Source: an uncultured Acidobacteriota bacterium (GTDB lineage Bacteria; Acidobacteriota; Polarisedimenticolia; J045). From it: a stretch of DNA of 64,000 bases. The stretch is from assembly GCA_963702425.1 (NCBI GenBank), contig CAVPCQ010000012.1, positions 176,740-240,739 of the forward strand. Reading direction: 5' to 3'. The position numbers and the translations under genes were made by a program. The number at the start of each line of letters is the position of its first letter. Within the stretch, counting starts at the first letter, position 1. Below are positions 19,765 to 28,876 of the stretch, one piece after another. The notes below the pieces were generated by a model. That model did not search any database and had not been told where the DNA came from. It saw only the letters and a program-made list of their open reading frames with translations.

Positions 19765-22043
19765 ATGGCGTCGATGAATCCCGCTCGGACCGTTCGGGTG
19801 TGCGCGCTGGCGTTCGCGCTGGCCAGCGCCGGGGCCGGGGCCCTCGCGCCGGCCCGCGCCGCGCGCGCCAACCCGCTGGCCGCCACCGCGGGGCCGGGGC
19901 AGCCGGTCGAGAACTGCGCCGACCCCAGCGTGATCCGCTCGCGCACGGCGGGCGACGACGCCTGGTACATGGTCTGCACCAGCGACGCCCTCGGCGACTG
20001 GGACCGCGACGGCGGCGGCGGGTACCGCTATCGCACCCTCCCGATTCTCCGCTCGACGGACCTGGTGCACTGGACCTACGTCGGGGACGCCGTCACCAGT
20101 CCCCCGTCCTGGGCCGAGCCCTGGTCGAACCTCTGGGCGCCCGAGTTCGAGGTCGTCAACGGGGTCTATTACGTCTACTACGCCGCGACCGACACGCGTC
20201 GCGCGACGAGCGGCGAGCCGAACTGCGGCAGCGACAGCGCGATCGGCGTCGCGACCAGCGCGGCGCCGGGCGGGCCCTACACGCACGTTTCGGCGCCGGT
20301 CGTCGCGCCGCGGCGCGCCGGCACAGGCTGCAGTTTCCATGCGACGATCGACCCCGAGGTCACGCTGACCGGCAGCGGGCAGCGCTCGATCTACTACGGC
20401 AGCTTCGCCGGCGGGATCGAGGTCCGGACCCTGTCTGCCGACGGTCTGTCCTCGGATGCCGGCTCGGCGGTGCGGGTCGCCGCGGACGGCCGCTTCGAGG
20501 CCCCCGAGATCGTGCGCAAGGACGGCTGGTACTACCTGCTGCTCTCGGCCTCGACCTGCTGCGACGGGCCGGCCTCGGGCTACACCGTCGTCGCCGGTCG
20601 CGCCGCGAGCCCGACCGGGCCGTTCCTCGATCGCGACGGGGTCTCGCTCGACACGGCGCGGGCGGGCGGCACGCCCGTGCTGGCCGCCACGGGAAACCGC
20701 TGGGTCGGCCCCGGGCACAACACGGTGCTGCAGGATCTCGCGGGAGGGTGGTGGACGATCTACCACGCGATCGAGGAGGCCGACCCCTGGTTCGAGGGCT
20801 CGCCCGGCTACACGCGGCGACCGCCGCTGCTCGACCCGCTCGACTGGGTCGACGGCTGGCCGACCGTGCGCGGCGGGTGGTGGGTCTCGGACTGCCTGCA
20901 ACCGGCGCCGGTCGCGACCTCCGGCGGCGTCCCGGAATACACCGCGACACTGCGCCGCGACGAAGCGCCCGGCGAGCCGCTCCCCGGCGGCTCCGACGAG
21001 TTCGACGGCCCGGGGCTCGCGCCGCAGTGGAGCTGGATCCGCCCGCCGGCCGGCGGCTGGTCGCTGCAGGAGGGCGCGCTGCGAGTGGGAGACGCAGGCC
21101 GCGGAACTGTACGAGGACAACGACTCCGCCTCGGTGCTCCTCGAGCCGGTGCCCGACGGGGACTGGATCGCCGAGACGCGGCTGTCGCTCTCGGTCCCGG
21201 CGAGCGGCTGCTGCTACGACACCGTCCAGGCCGGCCTCGTGGTGTACGGCGACGACGACAACTACCTGAAGCTGGTGCACGCCTCCATTGGATCGTTGCG
21301 GATGACCGAGTGGGCCCGCGAGTCGTTCCCGGTGGCGGCCGGCTTCCCGCGCTACGGGAAGAGCTGGGTTGGCGCGCCGGCGGACTGGACCGGACTGCGG
21401 ATCGTGCGGCGCGGCGGATTCGGCGGCGCGCTCTACACCGCCTACACCAGCGGCGACGGCGCGCGCTGGACGCGCGGCGCGACCTGGCACGCCGGCTTCG
21501 GCGCGGGGGAGCGGATCGGCCTCGTCGCGATGAACCGCGCCGGCTTCGTCGCGCGCTTCGACTACCTCCGCGTCGCGCGCCTGGCGCCCGACGACTGCAG
21601 CGACCCGGCGTGGGCCGATCCGTGCGACGACGACGCGGACGGGCGTGGCGACCTCTGCGACCTGGACGACGACGCGGACGGAGTCGCCGACGGGACCGAC
21701 TGCGCGGCGCGCGACGCGACCGAAGGGCAGCCCGCCACGATCGAGGGACTGACGGTCGCCGGGATTGCCCCCTCGCGGATCGGCTGGAGCGCCGCTCCCT
21801 CGGCCGACACCTACGACGCCACACGCGGCGCGCTGTCGGCGCTGGCGCCGGGGGCGTACGGACCCTGTCTCGCGAGCGACCGGGCCGAGACCTTCGTCGA
21901 CGACGGGGCGACTCCCCGTGCCGGGCGACGGCTTCCTGTACCTCGTGCGCGGGGTCGACCTCGGCTGCGGCGGCCCCGGCGGCTACGGCGCCGACAGCAC
22001 CGGCGCTTCGCGCTCCAACTCCGATCCCGCGGCCTGCCCCTGA
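19765..22043 (+). CDS. Secreted GH43 glycoside hydrolase + beta-sandwich + TSP3-like Ca-binding repeats + Cys-terminated tail; indels near 21085 and 21915
   Basis: ADPSVI, STDLVHW, WAPE, IDP, FEAPEI, GPGHN; SDEFDG..L.PQW; next frame WETQAAELY..QAGL; DDDADGRGDLCDLDDDADG; third frame GFLYLVRG...CP stop. Confidence 0.88.
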
Positions 22044-22645
22044 CCGGACCGCGGGCCCGGCTCGGGCCCGGGCCGCTCGGTGCGGAAGGCTGCGAGGCGG
22101 GCCACGAGGGCGGCGTGGGCCGCGCGCAGCGGAGCGAGATCGGCGACCCGCGCCACGTCCGGCTGCCGCTCGAGCCGCTCGATCTCCCGGCCCAGCGCCC
22201 CGGCCTCCTCGGCGAGCGCGAGCATCCGGTCGCGCAGCACGGTGACCATCTGATCCAGCGCCCGGGCCTCGGGCTTGAGGTAGTCGTGGCGGCGGAGCAT
22301 GACCCGCTGCGTCAAGTCGCCGCCCGCGACCTGCTCGAAGGTGTGCCGGAATCGGAGCAGCGGCCCAGCGAGGCGGTGCGAGACGAGCACCGAGTGGAAG
22401 CCGAAGAGCAGCAGGACGACGATCAGTGACGGCCAGACGTACTCTTGCAGCGCGAGCAGCTGCGCCGCGGCGGCCGTCCGCTCGACCGGCGGTGTCGCCT
22501 TGTCGAGCAGGTCGATGACCAGGGGCCCGAACATGGCCGTGACGAAGACCGCGGCGAAGATCAGGAAATAGGCCACCTGGAACGCGACGAAGCGTTGCTG
22601 GATCCTCCCGACGAACACCTTCTTGCGGTGGCTCTGGAACTTCAT
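21983..22645 (-). CDS. Two-TM HAMP-domain protein without output domain
   Basis: AGGAGG RBS; two TM helices; SHRLAGPLLRF..VAGGDL..LRRHDYL HAMP; short coiled coil. Confidence 0.8.
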   Translation of the reverse strand: MKFQSHRKKVFVGRIQQRFVAFQVAYFLIFAAVFVTAMFGPLVIDLLDKATPPVERTAAAAQLLALQEYVWPSLIVVLLLFGFHSVLVSHRLAGPLLRFRHTFEQVAGGDLTQRVMLRRHDYLKPEARALDQMVTVLRDRMLALAEEAGALGREIERLERQPDVARVADLAPLRAAHAALVARLAAFRTERPGPEPGPRSGQGQAAGSELEREAPVLSAP

Positions 22646-22662
22646 CGGTGTGCCCTCCTCCT

Positions 22663-24774
22663 TCACGCCCGACCGGCGGCGCCGACCGGCTCAGGCTGGA
22701 TGACCCGCTCGGCGGGCAATGGCAGGAACTGGTGGACCTCGGCCAGGAACGCCTCGACAACGCGCGGATCGAACTGCGTCCCGGCCCCCTCGGCAATGTG
22801 GTCGAGGACCCGCTTCCGGTCCCAGGCCTCGCGGTACGGACGCGGCGAGGCCAGCGCGTCGAACACGTCGGCCACCGCGAAGATCCGCGCGATCAGAGGG
22901 ATCGCCTCCCCGGCGAGCCGATCGGGGTAGCCCGTGCCGTCGTAGCGCTCGTGGTGGTGACGCACCGCCGCGACGACGTCGGCGTAGGCCGAGATCGGCT
23001 CCACGATCCGCGCCCCGATCGCGGGGTGCTGCTTCATGACGTCCAGTTCCTCCGCCGAGAGCTGGCCCGGCTTGTCGAGGATCTCGACCGGGACCCCGAG
23101 CTTCCCGATGTCGTGGAGCAGCCCGCCGCGGTGGACCGCTTCCAGCTGCTTGTCGTCGAACCCGAGTCGCCGGCCGACCGCGAGCCCGACCATCGTGACG
23201 CGGGTCGAGTGGCCGGCGGTCCAGGGCGACTTGGCGTCGATCGCGCGCGAGAGCGCCTCGACCATCTCCCAGTTCGCCCGGTCGATCTCCTCGAGCAGGC
23301 GCGCATGGGTCAGGCCGACGCCGAGCTGCGCCGCGAGCTGGCCGACGATCGCGTAGTTGTGGCCGCCGACCGGATCGCTCTTCCGGCTGATCGCGATCAC
23401 CGCGCCGAGCGCGCCGCGGACCATCACCGGGAAGACCCAGGTGTCGGCACTGCGCGCCCCCGGCGGGCGGAACGCGCCAGGGACGTCGCAGAGCGTCCGC
23501 GCGCCGTCCGCGTCGCCCAGGCGGCCGAGGAAGGCGGTCTCCTCCGAGCCGAAGACGATCTCTTCGCGCTGCGGCTTGAGCGAACCGCCCTCGACCAGCG
23601 CGTGGCGCTCGCCGCGCGCGCCGTCCACCAGCGTCAAGGCGAGCCCATCGCACGGCACGAGGCCGGGAAGGCGCTGCAGCAGCTTGGTCGCGATCTCGTG
23701 CCGATCGAGCGAAGACAGCACGGCCCGGTCGATTTCCGAACGCGTCGCGAGGGCGTCGAAGTCGTGCTGGATCCTGCAGGCCATCGCGTTGAAGGACCGG
23801 GCGAGCTGGCCGAACTCATCCTTCGGAGGCAGGTCCGCGCGCGCGCCGAGATCGCCCGCGGCAACGCGCTGGGCCGCCGTGATCAGGACGTCGACCGGCT
23901 CGACGCGGCGCCGGATCTGGATCGCACCCACGAGACAGACCGCGGCGGTCGACAGCGCGAGGACGAGGGAGAGCATCCGCCACAGCCGTCCGGTGGGCGC
24001 GTAGACCCGAGCCTCGGGTTCGGCCAGGACGACGGTCCACGACGGGCCACTGGACCGGTCGCGAAGGGACACCGGCCAGCCGTAGCCCACGAGGCGATCG
24101 CCGTGGCCGGGCCCCCACTCGAAGAGCGCGCGCTGCGGTGCGGACACCTGCGCCGCCTCGAAGAAGGCCGGCGGCAGGTCGGGTCGCGAGGTGAAGACGG
24201 CCCGCCCGGTCTCGTCCAGCAGCGAGACGATCGCCCACTCGGGCAGCGCGCTCTTCAGCGGTCCGACGAGCGCCGCAATCGAGACGCGGCCGGTGACGGA
24301 CCGCGCCGAGCTCCCGTCACCCAGCGACTCGCTCAGCACGATCACCGGCAGTGGACCGGTCCGATCCACCACGAGGGAGGTGCTTCCGTCGCGGGGAGGG
24401 AGCCCGCCGCCGGCGGACCGCTCGGGTCCGTGGAGTGTCGTCTCGACCCGCCCTTCCGGCCCGACGATCCCGACCCACTCGAAGCCGGCCTCGAGCGGCC
24501 ACCACCGCACCGCCTCGGCGAGCGGGTGGTGACGGACCTCGGCTGCGATGATGGAGAGCGTGCCGGCGTGCAGTTCGAGCCGCTCGCGCAACTGAAGGCC
24601 GAGCAGCGTCGTCGAGTCGTGCATGCGCCGCCGGGCCTGCGCCTCGGTGTGCCCCGCTACGAACGAGATCGCATAGGCGAAGAGGAGCACGGTGGGCACG
24701 GTCGTCGCCGCCAGGACCAGGAGGAAGACCTGACGGGCCACCTTGCTGCGCAGGAACCGCCGCTGGATCGGCAT
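22663..24774 (-). CDS. Membrane HD-GYP cyclic-dinucleotide phosphodiesterase (periplasmic sensor, HAMP, GAF)
   Basis: Two TM helices, DEFGQLARSFN, GHSTRV, LLHDIGK, HHERYDGTGYP, VADVFDAL..RPYR. Confidence 0.93.
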   Translation of the reverse strand: MPIQRRFLRSKVARQVFLLVLAATTVPTVLLFAYAISFVAGHTEAQARRRMHDSTTLLGLQLRERLELHAGTLSIIAAEVRHHPLAEAVRWWPLEAGFEWVGIVGPEGRVETTLHGPERSAGGGLPPRDGSTSLVVDRTGPLPVIVLSESLGDGSSARSVTGRVSIAALVGPLKSALPEWAIVSLLDETGRAVFTSRPDLPPAFFEAAQVSAPQRALFEWGPGHGDRLVGYGWPVSLRDRSSGPSWTVVLAEPEARVYAPTGRLWRMLSLVLALSTAAVCLVGAIQIRRRVEPVDVLITAAQRVAAGDLGARADLPPKDEFGQLARSFNAMACRIQHDFDALATRSEIDRAVLSSLDRHEIATKLLQRLPGLVPCDGLALTLVDGARGERHALVEGGSLKPQREEIVFGSEETAFLGRLGDADGARTLCDVPGAFRPPGARSADTWVFPVMVRGALGAVIAISRKSDPVGGHNYAIVGQLAAQLGVGLTHARLLEEIDRANWEMVEALSRAIDAKSPWTAGHSTRVTMVGLAVGRRLGFDDKQLEAVHRGGLLHDIGKLGVPVEILDKPGQLSAEELDVMKQHPAIGARIVEPISAYADVVAAVRHHHERYDGTGYPDRLAGEAIPLIARIFAVADVFDALASPRPYREAWDRKRVLDHIAEGAGTQFDPRVVEAFLAEVHQFLPLPAERVIQPEPVGAAGRA

Positions 24775-24973
24775 CGGCGTCAGAGACCCGCGACCGCCCC
24801 GATGAAGGTCCGGTCGCCGGCACGGCTGACGTCGTCGTGGCTCCCCTTCGCGCTCAGCGGGATCTTGGCCTCGCTTTCCGGACCCATGGCATCGCGCCCT
24901 CTCCGCTCCTCCGGGGAGCGGAAGCAGCCGAAACGCGGGCCCGGATCCGGCCCGGACATCGACCCCACCCGGC

Positions 24974-25000
24974 TCATCGGACCCTGCGCTTCGCCCTTGA
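24974..25000 (-). promoter_or_regulatory. Possible sigma28-type promoter for the HD-GYP operon
   Basis: Minus strand TCAA-N15-TCCGATGA versus consensus TAAA-N15-GCCGATAA. Confidence 0.35.
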
Positions 25001-25017
25001 GCCGGTCGCTGTCCTGG

Positions 25018-25050
25018 AAAAAGTTAGGGCCCGCCCCGGGGGGCGGGCCC
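25018..25050 (-). terminator. Intrinsic terminator of the M43 protease gene
   Basis: GGGCCCGCCC/GGGCGGGCCC stem followed on the minus strand by TAACTTTTT. Confidence 0.7.
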
Positions 25051-25105
25051 TCGAATCAACGAGCGAATCCGAAACGGATGAGCTGGCGCTACCCGGAGCT
25101 GTTCG

Positions 25106-26032
25106 CTACTTGCCGAATCGGTACGTCGTGAACTGCCCGTCCATCCGGGTGTCCTGCCCGCCGGTGAAGGTGTTCATGCACGAGTCGTCGGTGTAGTCCA
25201 TGAAGTTCGTGATCGGGTCGAGGCCGCTCGACGAGCAGGTGTTCCGCCCGGTCGGGCAGCCGTAGGCCGGCGACGACTCGGCGGGGGTGTCGTCCACGAA
25301 GTCTCCGGACGCGGAACAGCCGCCCTGGAAGGTGTGATACAGCCCCATCCAGTGGCCGACCTCGTGCGTGGCGGTGTCGCCCCGGTTGTACGGCGCTGCC
25401 GTGCCACCGGGGAGGGAGGTCCAGAGGATCACCACGCCGTCGTACGTCGGGTCGGACGCGTAGCTCGACGGGAACGTCGCCCACCCGAGCAGGCCGCCCG
25501 TGAGACCCGCGGTGTAGATGTTCAGGTCGTCAGCTGTCCCCTTGCGCAGCGCGCGTTTCGCGTCGCGCTCGGCCGTCGAGCCCTGGCGCATGCTGAACCA
25601 CGACGCGTTCGTGGTGCGATCGGTACTGACGAGGTTGAACTGCCAGCCCCAGGGACGGTAGGCGTCGTTGAGCACGCGGATCTGGTCGGCGATCATCGCG
25701 TCGGACAGACCGCCGTTGCTGTAGCCGGCCCCCTTGCGGATGACATGGAAGTAGACGTTGATCGTGCCGCCCGTCGCGTCGTTGCCTCTCTGCAGCATGC
25801 GCTGGCGCACGACGTCCTCGATCGCGTCCATCGCGTCCTGCGTCAACTGCAGGGTGCCGCAGCGGAGGCCGCTGTTGATGAACGCCTGCTGGTCGACCCA
25901 GGTCTCGCCGCCGAACACGAACTCGTTGCCGGTGGGGGCCGAACCGGCGGTCGTCGTCACCGTCGCTTCGCCCGCGAAGAGCGGGAGCGCGGCGCTCAGG
26001 ATCAGGCCCACGAGTGCTAGCGACTTCCTCAT
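25106..26032 (-). CDS. Secreted M43 (pappalysin/ulilysin-like) zinc metalloprotease
   Basis: Signal peptide, RCGT cysteine switch, [27 protein letters not shown] Met-turn. Confidence 0.95.
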   Translation of the reverse strand: MRKSLALVGLILSAALPLFAGEATVTTTAGSAPTGNEFVFGGETWVDQQAFINSGLRCGTLQLTQDAMDAIEDVVRQRMLQRGNDATGGTINVYFHVIRKGAGYSNGGLSDAMIADQIRVLNDAYRPWGWQFNLVSTDRTTNASWFSMRQGSTAERDAKRALRKGTADDLNIYTAGLTGGLLGWATFPSSYASDPTYDGVVILWTSLPGGTAAPYNRGDTATHEVGHWMGLYHTFQGGCSASGDFVDDTPAESSPAYGCPTGRNTCSSSGLDPITNFMDYTDDSCMNTFTGGQDTRMDGQFTTYRFGK

Positions 26033-26251
26033 CGAGATTCTCCTCTCCTCCGCGCCAGCCGGCCTGGTCCGGACGACGGCGCGGGTAGAAGAGAGTATAA
26101 GTCGGAGAGAGGCTCGTGTTAGGGACTTTTGTCCTTTAATAAGAGTGAGTTAGCAGCGGGCCGAAATCGGCTGCGGGCGGTTCCGGCGGGGCGTCGGGCG
26201 TGCGTTTCGGGGGACGGGCTAGAATCGCCCGCTCCCCCACCGAGGTGACCC

Positions 26252-27562
26252 ATGACGACCACGCCCGACCTCTCGACCCCCCCGGTACGCGCCATCGACC
26301 CCGCGGTGGCCGACCTGATGGAGCGCGAGGAGCGCCGGCAACTGCGCTCGATCCGGCTCATCCCCTCCGAAAATCACGCCTCCCCGGCGGTCCGCGCCGC
26401 CCTGTCGTCGGCCTTCACCAACAAGTACGGCGAGGGCTATCCCGGCCGCCGCTACTACCAGGGCCAGGAGTTCGACGACGCCCTGGAAACATTGGTCATC
26501 GAGCGCGCCAAGGCGCTCTTCGGCTACCCCCATGCGAACGTGCAGTCGCTCTCCGGGGCCCCGGCCAACGTCGCCGTCTACGCGGCCTTCATGAAGCCCT
26601 ACAAGGGGAAGCTGATGGCGCTGCGGCTCGACCACGGCGGACACCTGACGCACGGCAGCCCGGTCAGCGTGACGGGGATGTGGTGGGAGGCTCACCACTA
26701 CGGCGTCAACGAGCACGACGTGATCGACATGGACGCGGTCCGCCGCCAGGCGCTGGAGGTCAAGCCCGACATCCTGCTCTGCGGCTACACCGCCTATCCG
26801 CGGACGATCGATTTCAAGGCCTTTGGCGAGATCGCGCGCGAGGTCGGCGCGATCGCGCTGGGCGACGTGTCGCACATCGCGGGGCTGATCGCCGGCGGCG
26901 TGCACCCGTCGCCCTTCCCGCACATGGACGTCGTCACCTTCACGACGCACAAGACGCTGCGCGGGCCGCGCGGAGCGATCATCCTCTCGAAGACGCCCGA
27001 GCACGCCGACGCGATCGACAAGGCGGTCTTCCCGGGCCTCCAGGGCGGGCCGCACTTCAATACGATCGCGGCACTCGGGGTAGCGCTGGCCGAGGCCGCG
27101 ACCCCCGCCTTCAAGGCCTACGCGCAGCGCGTGGTCGCGAACGCACGGGCCCTCGCCGCCGCGCTCGCGGAGCGCGGGTTCCACGTCGTGTCGGGCGGGA
27201 CCGACAACCACCTGCTGCTGGTCGACGTGCGGAAGTCGCGCAAGCTGCCGGGCAAGCGGGCCGCGCTCGCGCTGGAGCAGGTCTCGATCGAGCTCAACTT
27301 CAACACGGTGCCGAACGCCTCGGAGCAGCAGAAGCCGCTGTTCCCGGACGGGATCCGGCTCGGGACGCCGTCGGTGACGACACGCGGGATGCAGGAAGCC
27401 GACATGACGCGGATCGCGGAGTTCATCGACCGCGCGCTGGCGCTGGTCAAGGCCGGGAAGATCCCCGAGGGCGAGGGCATCTGGCTCGACGAGGCGGCGC
27501 GCGACGCGCTGCGCGCGGAGGTCGAGGCCTTCGCTTCGGGGTTCCCGCCGTTCGTCCCGTAG
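26252..27562 (+). CDS. glyA: Serine hydroxymethyltransferase
   Basis: LIPSEN, NKYGEGYPGRRYY, GGHLTHG, TTHKTLRGPRG, FPGLQGGP, GGTDNHL, GIRLGT. Confidence 0.97.
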   Translation: MTTTPDLSTPPVRAIDPAVADLMEREERRQLRSIRLIPSENHASPAVRAALSSAFTNKYGEGYPGRRYYQGQEFDDALETLVIERAKALFGYPHANVQSLSGAPANVAVYAAFMKPYKGKLMALRLDHGGHLTHGSPVSVTGMWWEAHHYGVNEHDVIDMDAVRRQALEVKPDILLCGYTAYPRTIDFKAFGEIAREVGAIALGDVSHIAGLIAGGVHPSPFPHMDVVTFTTHKTLRGPRGAIILSKTPEHADAIDKAVFPGLQGGPHFNTIAALGVALAEAATPAFKAYAQRVVANARALAAALAERGFHVVSGGTDNHLLLVDVRKSRKLPGKRAALALEQVSIELNFNTVPNASEQQKPLFPDGIRLGTPSVTTRGMQEADMTRIAEFIDRALALVKAGKIPEGEGIWLDEAARDALRAEVEAFASGFPPFVP

Positions 27563-27631
27563 GGGCCGGCCTCTGTGCCGGCCCGCTTCGCGCAACGGAA
27601 CACCCGGGCCGGCACGGAGGCCGGCCCCTAC
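27559..27631. repeat. REPIN-like inverted REP doublet filling the whole glyA-yhbY gap
   Basis: REP 27559-27584 and inverted REP 27606-27631; both GTAG ends contain the flanking genes' TAG stops. Confidence 0.88.
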
Positions 27632-27945
27632 GGGTCGCGCTGCGGCAACACGATCCGGCGCTTCTCGGGATCGGCCTGCGGCCGGTAGAAGATCCCGACG
27701 TGGCCGACCACGCCGACGCAGGCGCTGGCGGTTCGCCCCTCGATCTCCGGGATGGCGACCGCCTTCTCTTCCTTGAGGGCGACGAAGCGGATCTTGATCA
27801 GCTCATGCGCCTCGAGCGCCTGGTCGATCGCCGCGAGCAGCCCTTCGGTGAGCCCTTCCTTGCCGACCCGGACGGACGCTTCGAGGTGGTGGGCCTCGGC
27901 GCGCAGGTACTTGCGCTGATTGCCTGAAAGGGGTCGGCGCGTCAT
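27628..27945 (-). CDS. yhbY: CRM-domain RNA-binding protein YhbY
   Basis: LSGNQRKYLRAEAHHL, VGKEGLT, LEAHELIKI, GHVGIFYR. Confidence 0.93.
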   Translation of the reverse strand: MTRRPLSGNQRKYLRAEAHHLEASVRVGKEGLTEGLLAAIDQALEAHELIKIRFVALKEEKAVAIPEIEGRTASACVGVVGHVGIFYRPQADPEKRRIVLPQRDP

Positions 27946-28772
27946 CGGTGGGGTGCAGGATAGCCGACGAGCCAGGTCAGCGGCACCGGGAGCCGAGGAA
28001 CCCGCCCGACGCCGGCCTGCCAAGCGTAGTCGCCGCCGCCGGCGTCTGCGGCGAGCGCACGGAGTTCGGGTACGGTGTAGCTCCGCAGGCAGGAGACGAC
28101 GCCATCCCAGAGGACGACCAGCGGGATCGCCGGCAGCAGGTAGGTGTAGAGCAGCCGTGACCACCGGAAGGGGCGAGTGAACGGCGCCAGCGCCAGTGCC
28201 AGCAGCGGGCCGCCGGCCAGCGTCGCCGCGGTGCGCAGGCGCCGCGCGGTCAACTCGAAGATCGCGATCCCCTGCCGCTGCCGCACGGCGTCGGCCAGGA
28301 TCGCCGTTGCGTCCGCCGGCTCGAAATGGTGGAACGAGGTGAAGAGCGTGCGGAAGCCGGCGAGGACGGCGGGGACCGCGCGCGCGTCGATCGGCCCGGG
28401 CCACGCCGTAATCCGGCCGCCGGCCGGATCGCAGAGCCGCGCGGCCACGTCGCGGTTGGGATAGAGATCGGTGAGGCAGACCGTCACGTCGTCGTCCAGC
28501 GCGGCCGAGACCGCGGGCAGCAGTGGCCTCCACGGCCCCCCGCCGCCCGCGCAGAGGTCGACGAAGCGACGTCCCCCCGTTGCGCGAAGGGCGGCCGCGA
28601 GAATCGGTGCGACGACCTCGTGCACGCCGCCCCAGCGCGCGACGAGTTCGAGGTAGTCCGTCGCGCCGTCCCGGACGGCGCGCGGACACCACGGCTGGTC
28701 CTCCAGCTCGAGGAGCTGGCGGCGTGCGAAGCCGGTGTGGGCCGGCGCAGGGAGCAGGGTCGGGGTCGTCAC
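27942..28772 (-). CDS. Class I SAM-dependent methyltransferase-like protein
   Basis: VDLCAGGGGP, LTDLYPN, IDA, SFHHF; stop overlaps the yhbY ATG. Confidence 0.82.
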   Translation of the reverse strand: MTTPTLLPAPAHTGFARRQLLELEDQPWCPRAVRDGATDYLELVARWGGVHEVVAPILAAALRATGGRRFVDLCAGGGGPWRPLLPAVSAALDDDVTVCLTDLYPNRDVAARLCDPAGGRITAWPGPIDARAVPAVLAGFRTLFTSFHHFEPADATAILADAVRQRQGIAIFELTARRLRTAATLAGGPLLALALAPFTRPFRWSRLLYTYLLPAIPLVVLWDGVVSCLRSYTVPELRALAADAGGGDYAWQAGVGRVPRLPVPLTWLVGYPAPHR

Positions 28773-28876
28773 GCGGTGATCTCGGGGAACGGATGATAGC
28801 GGCGTCCGCTCCCGGCGCGAGGTGCCGGCCCCCCGGCGGGCGCGCCGCGCGCTGCCTCGCTATCCTGCCCGACCCG

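Noticed and set aside
16645-21120. Very long alternative ORFs (1491 aa here; also 12211-15240, 38150-41029, 54268-57084)
   Set aside because: Arg/Pro/Ala-rich or antisense shadows of real genes, expected at this GC content
25055-25107. Hammerhead-like RNA (GATGAG, GAAAC, three-way fold)
   Set aside because: No CUGAUGA core, and GAAA does not follow stem II
26033-26251. ZTP, THF or glycine riboswitch upstream of glyA
   Set aside because: No conserved motifs; TAGAAT lies only ~26 nt before the ATG
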